Positions 9,603 through 17,905 of a stretch of DNA of 64,000 nt are shown in pieces. Origin of the DNA: Bacteroidales bacterium (lineage in GTDB: Bacteria > Bacteroidota > Bacteroidia > Bacteroidales > VadinHA17); contig JAWLEO010000017.1 of NCBI GenBank assembly GCA_041686075.1, forward strand, positions 12,256 through 76,255, written 5' to 3'. Position 1 is the first letter of the stretch; each line of letters opens with the position of its first letter. The notes under the pieces were generated by a model. The model was not told the origin of the DNA. It worked only from the letters and a program-made list of their open reading frames with translations, and made no database searches. Both the position numbers and the translations under genes were made by a program.

Positions 9603-11414
9603 CTATTGTAGGAGGCCCCCCTTCTTGTATATTTCCATTTGCACCTCACTGAAGGGGTTCACCCTGCTTATTTCGCCTGTGCGAATATTTTTAATGGTTC
9701 CATCTGCCAGGTCCAGTTCAATTTGATCTCCGTTTTCCAGGTTTATTCCGCTCAGGACATCATAGGTAAGTACGGGGAAGGCAGCATTTATGGCATTCCT
9801 TTCATATATTGCCCCGAATGATTCAGCTATAATAGCCTGTACTCCGAGGGATATGAAACAATCCACTGCCTGTTGTCTTGAACTGCCTGAACCGAAATTT
9901 TTGCCTGTAATGATTATATCACCTTTTTCGGCCTTCTGAGAAAAGTCTTCATAGCCTTCAAGGTTATCGAAGGCATATTTACCCATTTCATCTATATCAG
10001 TTATAGACAGGTACCTGTTATGAAATATCATATCGGTATCAATATTATCTCTTTCAATAATCCAGCATCTGCCTTGTAGTTTTTCAGGCCTGGCAGCTTT
10101 CTTTTCTTTCTTTTTCTTTCTAAGCTTTTCACTTTTTTCTGCAGCTCCTTCAAAGGATGCCGGTTTATCAGGGATATCGCTTGCATCTGTAATATATCCT
10201 GCCACGGCGGACGCAGCCACTGTTGACGGTGAAGCAAGATATACACTCCCTTTACCCTGCTTGCCTGGGAAGTTCCTGTTACCGGTACTGATGCTTATCT
10301 CGCCGGGTCCGTTCTGTCCTACCTGTCCTGCTGCACAGCCCGCACATCCAGCATTTGACAGCAGTGCCCCTGCTTCCTTGAATATTTTCACCAGTCCTTC
10401 ATTCAAGCATGCATTCCATACTGCATCTGTGGATGGGACTATTTTTAGAATTACACCCGGAGCAAGCTTGCGGTTTCGTAATATTTCAGCTACCACCCTC
10501 ATATCTTCAATCCTGCCATTTGTACAGCTTCCAATAAAAGCTGAATCTATTTTTGTACCCTTTTCGTGATCCACCGTAACATTATCATGTGGTTTGCCGG
10601 GCTTTGCAAGCATCGGTTTGAATTTACTTACATCAATATTGAATGACTTCTCATAATGAGCTCCTGCATCGGCATAAATGGCTTCAAATTTTTTATCTGT
10701 TCGGTCGCTGCAATATTTTATTACTTCATTATTAGGAGGAAACAGTATTATAATAGCTCCCATTTCAGTAGCCATTGACGATATTGTAATCCTGTCTCCT
10801 ATTCCCATTTGCTCAACACAATCTCCATATATTTCAACTGATTGTCCCAATAGGGAATTAGCACCAAATTCATTAAGGAGGTTAAGAACAACATCCTTGG
10901 CATAAACATTATCGGGCAGGTTCCCTTCAAGGGTGAGCTTAACCGAGGGAGGTACTTTGAACCACACTTTACCTTTATTCCAGGCAGCCGCGATATCCTT
11001 GTCACCCATACCCTGTCCAAAGGCACCTACCGCACCCAGTATGTTTGCGTGGGAATCGGTTGATATCGCCGTGGCACCGGAGTATACATACCCCTCATCA
11101 ATCAAAATATGTGTACCTATACCAGAGTTTATATCATATACACGTATTCCCTTTTCTCTGGCGAATAAACGGCATATATGTTGATTGACAGCATATTTTT
11201 GGTCCGAACCGGTCGGATTACAATCAAATGTAAACATGGTTTTCTCAGGATCGTCAATACCCAGGTTATACTCCCGGATATTCTTAACCACGTTTGCTCC
11301 CCCAAAGTCCCGTGCAACCCTGGCATCAATAGTAACATCCACAATATCACCGGGACTGACAAACACTTTTTCAGAATGATTTGAGATGATTTTTTCAATT
11401 ATTGTCATATCCAT
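9603..11414 (-). CDS. Aconitase-family hydro-lyase, fused LeuC-like + LeuD-like domains, paralog 2
   Basis: Fe-S ligand blocks GSCTNGRIEDM and NAGCAGCAAGQ. Swivel motif GKNFGSGSSRQQAV. Lys-rich interdomain linker EKSEKLRKKKKEKKAARPEK. Confidence 0.75.
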   Translation of the reverse strand: MDMTIIEKIISNHSEKVFVSPGDIVDVTIDARVARDFGGANVVKNIREYNLGIDDPEKTMFTFDCNPTGSDQKYAVNQHICRLFAREKGIRVYDINSGIGTHILIDEGYVYSGATAISTDSHANILGAVGAFGQGMGDKDIAAAWNKGKVWFKVPPSVKLTLEGNLPDNVYAKDVVLNLLNEFGANSLLGQSVEIYGDCVEQMGIGDRITISSMATEMGAIIILFPPNNEVIKYCSDRTDKKFEAIYADAGAHYEKSFNIDVSKFKPMLAKPGKPHDNVTVDHEKGTKIDSAFIGSCTNGRIEDMRVVAEILRNRKLAPGVILKIVPSTDAVWNACLNEGLVKIFKEAGALLSNAGCAGCAAGQVGQNGPGEISISTGNRNFPGKQGKGSVYLASPSTVAASAVAGYITDASDIPDKPASFEGAAEKSEKLRKKKKEKKAARPEKLQGRCWIIERDNIDTDMIFHNRYLSITDIDEMGKYAFDNLEGYEDFSQKAEKGDIIITGKNFGSGSSRQQAVDCFISLGVQAIIAESFGAIYERNAINAAFPVLTYDVLSGINLENGDQIELDLADGTIKNIRTGEISRVNPFSEVQMEIYKKGGLLQ

Positions 11415-11519
11415 GGTAGAAGTATTTTTAATAATAAAGCATAATCAAAGTTAAGATTAAGAATACAAATTATTAAGCTTTGCCTTTAATTTATCCGTGG
11501 AGAATAAGAAGGAATTGTT

Positions 11520-12980
11520 CTATTTGTTTTCCATGTATTTGATATTGCTGTATATAGCTTTATCAAATATCATATTATTGAATTCCGTAATATCATCAAT
11601 TGCTTCAGACTTATTATCCTGCCACAGGCTATGAATACCCTGGTCAAATTTTTCAGCCAGGTCAAAATATTCCTGCTGGAGCTTGTTCTTAAATTCCTTC
11701 CTCTCTCCTATTCTCTCATTATAATCTTCATCAAGGTATTCAGTTACTTGTATAAATGACCACCATGCTTTACCGTTTTCACGGTTATACATATCAGCGG
11801 GAGGTTGAAAATGCATTCGATAGACCTTGTTTTTGTCTTCATAATACCGGTAAGGAGGTGGAAATTCTTTAATGCCATAATATACAGGCATATATGCATG
11901 GACGCAGCCTCTTCTCGGTGCCATCCACAGCCTGCATCCTATTTCCACAGGTAGACCGTTCCTGAGTTCAGCAACAAAGGAAAGCTGTTGATGTCCTGCA
12001 CATATATTCATAATCTCATTCTCATGAGGATTATGCAGGCTATAGTGTTTTGAATTATCCAGAGGTGTTCCTTCGTAATGATTTCCCAGTACATATATGA
12101 GGTCTTCAATGGTCACAGGCTCGTCCGGCACGAAACTCACGGGCAGTTCATCCTGAAGGTCATATTCTTTAGCTGAGAGCATATTAACACCCATCCACAT
12201 GCGTCCTATGTTTGACATACTTTTTGCTGATCGCGGGTTGCCATATACTTTCCTGAAATTAAATTCACCATTTTCAGGATTATACCATCCCCTGGTGATG
12301 GCATATTCTTTAAGTTCAGGTGAACATAAATAATTCTCCTTATCCTCAAAATCAAATTCCCTTATTATATAAAAGTTTGGTAAGTATACCACGTGATTAT
12401 CAGGTATTCTCATAGCCACCCAGTGCCTGCCCCTGACAACCGAAAGCATCCATGCTTCCTCTGTATCAGCCAGGGTGTATGTTCTTCCGGAAGCATTATA
12501 TCCTACGGAGGATATTATTTCGCCTGCAATTATAACCCCGTGGCGGGCAGATTTTGCCCTTTCAGCAACTATTTTCCTCAGGTTATAACCAAGACCACCA
12601 TCAGTTATTTCACCATATCTTTCAATCGAGGGACATGAATTCGATGTAATAAGCACCCCATTTTCATTCAGGAAGCTGTCGGCAAAATCCTGTCCCGGCA
12701 TTTCAAGCCAAATATATTCCAATGTATTTTCGGCCTGCTCTATGAGAGCACCATTCTTCAATACTAACTTGTCGGCGGGATTATTATCAGCATATATCTT
12801 ATAGAAATTTACCACCTGCCTGCCGCCGTCATCTTCATTATGACCTATAAGGACATGCCCCGTAGCCGAAGCATCTTTACCAACCATTATAGTGGAGCAG
12901 TTGAATCCTCCAGGCAATGGCTGTGCGTTTACGAATATGGCAGCTGCTAAAAAAACCAGAAATAGAGATATTTTCTTCAT
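11520..12980 (-). CDS. Peptidase family C69 dipeptidase (secreted)
   Basis: A signal peptide is followed by the FNCSTIMVGKDASATGHVLIGHNEDD block. This is the N-terminal nucleophile Cys context typical of C69. Confidence 0.7.
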   Translation of the reverse strand: MKKISLFLVFLAAAIFVNAQPLPGGFNCSTIMVGKDASATGHVLIGHNEDDGGRQVVNFYKIYADNNPADKLVLKNGALIEQAENTLEYIWLEMPGQDFADSFLNENGVLITSNSCPSIERYGEITDGGLGYNLRKIVAERAKSARHGVIIAGEIISSVGYNASGRTYTLADTEEAWMLSVVRGRHWVAMRIPDNHVVYLPNFYIIREFDFEDKENYLCSPELKEYAITRGWYNPENGEFNFRKVYGNPRSAKSMSNIGRMWMGVNMLSAKEYDLQDELPVSFVPDEPVTIEDLIYVLGNHYEGTPLDNSKHYSLHNPHENEIMNICAGHQQLSFVAELRNGLPVEIGCRLWMAPRRGCVHAYMPVYYGIKEFPPPYRYYEDKNKVYRMHFQPPADMYNRENGKAWWSFIQVTEYLDEDYNERIGERKEFKNKLQQEYFDLAEKFDQGIHSLWQDNKSEAIDDITEFNNMIFDKAIYSNIKYMENK

Positions 12981-13233
12981 TTGTAAATCCTTTTGATTAT
13001 TAATAACTAAAAATATAAAATGTTATTGAAACAAAAAGCGTCTTATATAACAATCTGTTCATCAGCATAAAATAATATCAATATATAACTATTAAGAAGT
13101 ATTATATTAATTTTATTCATCTGTTTATTATTTTTTATTAATTTTTTATGGCATATATCAATTATTATTATTTATTGTACATTTGATTTTGGATCAATTC
13201 CTCTGGTTCAAAGTCAGGGTTCAATTGGGTACT

Positions 13234-13325
13234 TGGTTGTTCGGTCATTTCAAAATAGACCTTATCAAAAATCACATCCAAAGCATTTAAATTTCATTGA
13301 GGCATGAATAAAGACCGAACAACCA
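13234..13325. repeat. 13-bp perfect inverted repeat (tggttgttcggtc ... gaccgaacaacca) enclosing a 66-nt AT-rich loop
   Basis: Read directly: 13234-13246 is the reverse complement of 13313-13325. It sits in a 670-bp AT-rich intergenic region. Confidence 0.6.
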
Positions 13326-13345
13326 TTTCTTTTTTAACAACAATA

Positions 13346-13377
13346 TTTGAAATTTTAATAATAAAAGTGTATATTTG
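13346..13377 (+). promoter_or_regulatory. Bacteroidota sigma-A type promoter (TTTG-N20-TAtaTTTG)
   Basis: TTTG at 13346-13349, a 20-nt spacer, then TATATTTG at 13370-13377. This matches the -33/-7 consensus TTTG / TAnnTTTG. The predicted TSS is near 13384. Confidence 0.55.
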
Positions 13378-13401
13378 TTCAGAAGCTCATGCTATTAGCA
13401 T

Positions 13402-13586
13402 AAGAGGAGTGCATTGAGGTAATGGTTATGTGAAAGAACAGGATTGTATTGCAGACATTGACTTTCACAATTAGGACCTCCTGGAAAAAGGAGAGTCTTC
13501 CTTATTATCAGACAGTAGATTCCGGGATTATCTTTTAAGAGAACCCGTTCCCTTCTTCCATAACCACTCATCACTCCTCTTTTTTT
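13402..13586 (+). promoter_or_regulatory. Candidate structured 5' leader / cis-regulatory RNA upstream of bioG
   Basis: Three helices were read directly.
- Closing helix: AAGAGGAGTG (13402-13411) pairs with CACTCCTCTT (13572-13581) and is followed by a T-run to 13586.
- Internal hairpin: TGTGAAAG (13429-13436) pairs with CTTTCACA (13462-13469).
- Internal hairpin at 13473-13499: 10 bp, one bulge, GGAAAA loop. Confidence 0.3.
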
Positions 13587-13653
13587 ATATAAAAAAGCAT
13601 GAAAGCATACTGTTAAAAAATCTATTTATATTAGTAAAAAAATTATTTCCCTC

Positions 13654-14355
13654 ATGAAAACTCATATAAGGCGCAGGGAGGCGAATGAGAAATTGATTAT
13701 TGTCTTCGGGGGTTGGGGAATAGATCAGAATGCTTTTATCCCCCTGTGCGAAGAGTCTCATGATTTTATTCTCTATTATAATTATTCGGCTGATGAGCCG
13801 CTGGTGTTACCCGATCGAAAAACCTACAGCCAGATTGTTTTGATAGGATGGTCCCTGGGAGTTTGGGCAGCAGAGTACATGTCGGAATCGATGAACCTGA
13901 ATGCTGACCTGGCAATAGCGGTTAACGGTACGCCGGTCCCGGCCAATGATAAATATGGTATACCACTTGAAATATTTGAAGGTACACTTAATAAAATTGA
14001 TGAGTCGGGAATGTACAAATATCGGGTAAGGTTATTCGGCAGCAAGTCAGTGCTTGAAAGTAACAGGGACAAGTTATCCGGAAGAAGCATTGACTCCCGG
14101 CTATCTGAACTCCGGTGGCTTTACAACAGGATAATGGAAAATCCTGACCGGAAATACAGGTGGGACATTGCAGTCTCCAGCCGTAACGACCGTGTTTTCC
14201 CCTCGTCAAACCAGATTAATTACTGGCGCCAGAGGGAGGACACAAGACACATCATCATTGACCAGCCCCATTATCCTTTTCACTTCTGGGGCAGCTTCGA
14301 TAATATGATAAATGACCTGGTTGACAGGAGCGGTTTAAATTTCGCTTATAAGTAA
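13654..14355 (+). CDS. bioG: Pimeloyl-ACP methyl ester esterase BioG (DUF452 family)
   Basis: LIIVFGGWGIDQNAF, LIGWSLGVWAAE (nucleophile Ser context) and AVNGTPVPANDKYGIPLEIFEGTL closely parallel the Haemophilus BioG sequence as I remember it. Confidence 0.75.
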   Translation: MKTHIRRREANEKLIIVFGGWGIDQNAFIPLCEESHDFILYYNYSADEPLVLPDRKTYSQIVLIGWSLGVWAAEYMSESMNLNADLAIAVNGTPVPANDKYGIPLEIFEGTLNKIDESGMYKYRVRLFGSKSVLESNRDKLSGRSIDSRLSELRWLYNRIMENPDRKYRWDIAVSSRNDRVFPSSNQINYWRQREDTRHIIIDQPHYPFHFWGSFDNMINDLVDRSGLNFAYK

Positions 14356-15672
14356 ATTAACATCACTATCCTTCAGCTTCTTGCCAAATTCACCAATGAG
14401 TTTGTTGATTTTCTTATATTCATCTGTTTGCTTAACCGGGATATTTTCGCCTCCGGCCTTATCTATCCTGGCAAGAACATAATCCATACTCATTTTGCCA
14501 GGATCCATTGCAGGCTGGTAAAGCCTTTCCCTTGATTTCTCGATATTAATTTCAGTTATCAGTCCGGCCTTATTAAGGTTATACAATATGTCCCTTGCCA
14601 GGCGGACCGGGATCTGTATATTTTTGGATATCTCGGAAGCACTAACGGGATCAGCCCCGGCAATAAATCTTTTTACTATTATATTTAATATTAGTAGTGT
14701 AAGAATCCTCTTCTGATATGAATTAATATTCAGTGATTCATAATCAAACTCGTATCTGTTGACATTCTGGTTTGCAAATGATATCTCTGCCCCCATCAGT
14801 ACCACCAACCAGCTTATCTGCATCCATATAATAAAGAGGGGAAAGGCAGCAAAGCTTCCATATATAACGGAATATCTTGACACCCCAATCTGAAAATTAA
14901 TATAAAGAAGCTGTATGAGCTGGAATATTGTACCAGCAATGATACCGGCTACAAGGGCTGATTTAAATTTAACCCGTGAATTAGGCATAACCATGTACAG
15001 CAATGTTAGTACGAGCCACATTATGACATAAGGAATTAATTTTAGCAGGAATATCAGGACGGGTTTCAGAGTGCTCATTATCACAGCCTGGTCAGATATA
15101 TTGTTCATCGTTGTATTAAGGTAGACAGTAAAGCTCCCGGAAAGAACAATGAATACAGGTGCAAGGACCAATATGGAAATATAATCGGCAAATTTACGCA
15201 CCCATGGTCTTGATTTTTTTATCTGCCAGATATGGTTGAATGATTTCTCAATATGATTAAGCACCTGCATTACCGACCAGAGAAGAATAACCAGGCCTAT
15301 ACCAGCAATGAAGCCACCGCTGCTTGTTTCGAGGAAATTCTCTGTTATCTGTAATATCCAGTTCATTACTTCCTCATGGCCTTCCAATGCTTTGCGTATC
15401 TCGATTTCCAATCTTTCCTTAAATCCAAAGCTTTGAGCTATCCCAAAAGCTATTGCTGCCACCGGAATAATCGACAGCAAGGTATTAAAAGTAAGAGCAG
15501 AAGCTCTCAGCTGTACTTTATCTTCCCTGAATCCTTTGAATGCAAGTACCAGTATGCGTATTTCCCTGATGAGAAATGTTTTACGTTTTGGGAGTTCGCC
15601 AAGTGGTATGCGCCAGATGTCTTGTGTTATATATTTTATCTTACGCCTGATCCATTCATTTATCTTTTTCAT
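14335..15672 (-). CDS. YihY/BrkB-family inner-membrane protein with C-terminal winged-helix-like domain
   Basis: RASALTFNTLLSIIPVAAIAFGI motif and multiple TM segments. I moved the start to the ATG at 15672 (MKKINEWIRRK). The track's upstream extension is low-complexity. Confidence 0.7.
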   Translation of the reverse strand: MKKINEWIRRKIKYITQDIWRIPLGELPKRKTFLIREIRILVLAFKGFREDKVQLRASALTFNTLLSIIPVAAIAFGIAQSFGFKERLEIEIRKALEGHEEVMNWILQITENFLETSSGGFIAGIGLVILLWSVMQVLNHIEKSFNHIWQIKKSRPWVRKFADYISILVLAPVFIVLSGSFTVYLNTTMNNISDQAVIMSTLKPVLIFLLKLIPYVIMWLVLTLLYMVMPNSRVKFKSALVAGIIAGTIFQLIQLLYINFQIGVSRYSVIYGSFAAFPLFIIWMQISWLVVLMGAEISFANQNVNRYEFDYESLNINSYQKRILTLLILNIIVKRFIAGADPVSASEISKNIQIPVRLARDILYNLNKAGLITEINIEKSRERLYQPAMDPGKMSMDYVLARIDKAGGENIPVKQTDEYKKINKLIGEFGKKLKDSDVNLLISEI

Positions 15673-15766
15673 TGATCGATTATTAGTAATGGTTACAAAG
15701 ATAGTAATTGAGAAAATAATTGTCTTTACGCTAAATTTATTTATTTTCGAATAAAAGTAGAATACT

Positions 15767-16894
15767 ATGGAAAGTGGTAGCATAAGCGGTCCTCAATTAG
15801 TTATTGATAAGGATAAGTGCCTGGCGAATATCGAGTTCATGACACAGAAGGCAAAGGATAACAATTTAATATTCAGGCCTCACTTTAAAACTCATCAATC
15901 AATAGTCATAGGCAGGTGGTTCAAAAAATATGGAGTGGACAGGATCACCGTCTCATCTCTTAAGATGGCTTATTACTTTGCCAATGATGGATGGGAGGAT
16001 ATCCTGGTTGGAATAGCATATAATCCGAGAGAGTATTCCTTATATGAAAAATTATCGGAAAGATGTGCGATACAGGCTACTGTAAGCTGCCCGGAAACAT
16101 GTCGCATCCTGGCCGGTCAGTGCCGCTTCCCCCTTACAGTAATGATAAAAATTGATACCGGCTATAACAGAACAGGTATCAGGTGGGATGATCTTGAAAG
16201 TTTGAGGCAAAGCATCAAACACCTCAGCAGTAACAAGAAAATAAGGATCCGCGGTTTAATGACACATGATGGCAGCACCTATGGTTTGAACAGCAGGGCA
16301 AAGATCCTGGAACAATATGAAAAATCTATTCAGAGACTTAATTACTGTCGCGAAAATTCAGGCATCGAAGGACTTGAGATATCCATTGGTGACACTCCTT
16401 CTGCTTCAGTCGTCGAAAATTTCAATGACATAGATGAATTAAGGCCCGGTAATTTCATTTTTTATGACCTGATGCAGTATATTAACGGTTCCTGCCAATT
16501 TGATAATATTGCCATGGCACTTTTCTGTCCTGTAATTGATATCAGGCCAGGTTCCGGGACGGTTGTTGTACACGGGGGAGCCGTTCACTTCTCAAAAGAT
16601 AATATAGTTATTAACGGGAAAAAAGTATATGGACTGGTAGCAGGATTTGATAAGAGTGCCTGGAAAAAACCGGTGGATGAATATTTTATATCATCACTTT
16701 CACAGGAACATGGCATAATTGATTGCCCGGAAAGCAAACTTCTGGAAAAAGCTATGCCGGGAGATCTTCTGGCTATAATACCCGTTCACTCCTGCCTTAC
16801 TGCAGACTGTATGGGGAGTTACATGCTCAGGACGGGTGAAATCATAGAGCATATGCGCCAGGTTCCTCAGGATTCTGAATATTCTTTATTATAA
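15767..16894 (+). CDS. D-TA/DSD1-family PLP enzyme (D-threonine aldolase / D-serine dehydratase-like, alanine racemase N-terminal fold)
   Basis: FRPHFKTHQS matches the PLP-lysine motif RPH.KTH. Length 375 aa. Confidence 0.6.
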   Translation: MESGSISGPQLVIDKDKCLANIEFMTQKAKDNNLIFRPHFKTHQSIVIGRWFKKYGVDRITVSSLKMAYYFANDGWEDILVGIAYNPREYSLYEKLSERCAIQATVSCPETCRILAGQCRFPLTVMIKIDTGYNRTGIRWDDLESLRQSIKHLSSNKKIRIRGLMTHDGSTYGLNSRAKILEQYEKSIQRLNYCRENSGIEGLEISIGDTPSASVVENFNDIDELRPGNFIFYDLMQYINGSCQFDNIAMALFCPVIDIRPGSGTVVVHGGAVHFSKDNIVINGKKVYGLVAGFDKSAWKKPVDEYFISSLSQEHGIIDCPESKLLEKAMPGDLLAIIPVHSCLTADCMGSYMLRTGEIIEHMRQVPQDSEYSLL

Positions 16895-17790
16895 CGATGA
16901 TAGCAGAAGAGCCCCAGCTTATATATCTTGAATATCCGGAGAGAGCATTTTGTTGATCGCAGCATTATCTCTATCCTTCTTTGTCTTTTCCTGTATATGT
17001 AAGCAAGGAGTCTGGTAATGCCTAATAATCTCAACCTACGATAATTTCTAAGAAGCCTTACAACACTGGCAAAGGTTTTCTTATCCGTTACCTTGTCATA
17101 TAAAATATTCAGATTACTTATACTGTCTCTTGTTTTAAGCACATAATCCCGGTTTGATTCAAGCCCGTCATGTATAAGCCTGTTATCTATATGTTCAACA
17201 GGTATGCCTGCCTTTTTAAGCTGGTATGCAAAGAGTGTGTCTTCGTGGCCGTATTTCTTTAATTCTTCATTAAACTTAAATTTATCCAAGACAGATCGTT
17301 CAATGAGAAAGTTAAATCCTGAGAAGCTTGAATAAGGGCGTTTCCGTCTTTTTTTAACGGATTTTTTTTCATTATGGTAGCCGTAATGCCATCTCAGGTA
17401 TTTATCGGGATTGTCAGGAGGTATCTTATGGTAATCTGTTCCACCGAAAATCACAGGTGCTATTTTATGATATTCGAGCCATCTCGCAAGATACTCTTTT
17501 GGATTACCCTGGATAAGGGCATCAGCATCAATATAAAGAAGGTAATCTCCACTGGCTTCTTTTGCCAGCATGTTTCTTATAGTTGCCCTCCCCACGTTAT
17601 CTTCACTTATAAGCAAACTCACTTTATCCAGCTTGCTGAATGCTTTATACATACTAATGTAATCATCCGAACAACCATCAGCACCTATAATTATTTCCTC
17701 ATACTCCTCAATATCTTTCACTCCCTGCTGAAGACCTGTAAGCAGTGGTGCGATATCATAGTTAAATACCGGGATTAATATTGAAATCAT
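16867..17790 (-). CDS. Family 2 glycosyltransferase
   Basis: N-terminal ISILIPVFNYD plus a DAD motif (YIDADALI), typical of the GT2 fold. Confidence 0.7.
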   Translation of the reverse strand: MISILIPVFNYDIAPLLTGLQQGVKDIEEYEEIIIGADGCSDDYISMYKAFSKLDKVSLLISEDNVGRATIRNMLAKEASGDYLLYIDADALIQGNPKEYLARWLEYHKIAPVIFGGTDYHKIPPDNPDKYLRWHYGYHNEKKSVKKRRKRPYSSFSGFNFLIERSVLDKFKFNEELKKYGHEDTLFAYQLKKAGIPVEHIDNRLIHDGLESNRDYVLKTRDSISNLNILYDKVTDKKTFASVVRLLRNYRRLRLLGITRLLAYIYRKRQRRIEIMLRSTKCSLRIFKIYKLGLFCYHRYNKEYSES

Positions 17791-17905
17791 ACCCCTCTAA
17801 ATTGAACTTCTAATATAGAAAATATTGCTTAACGAAACCAGTAAAATTTGGAAAGGTATTTGTAAGAGTTATTTTTGTTCTGTCATTTCAGAAAAAAACT
17901 TGAAA

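Noticed and set aside
13168-13248. 26-codon minus-strand ORF (MTEQPSTQLNPDFEPEELIQNQMYNK) starting inside the 13-bp inverted repeat
   Set aside because: It has no leader motif, no recognisable family and no supporting promoter box. An ORF of this size is expected by chance in AT-rich intergenic DNA. It would only be worth revisiting if the hairpin proves to be transcribed.
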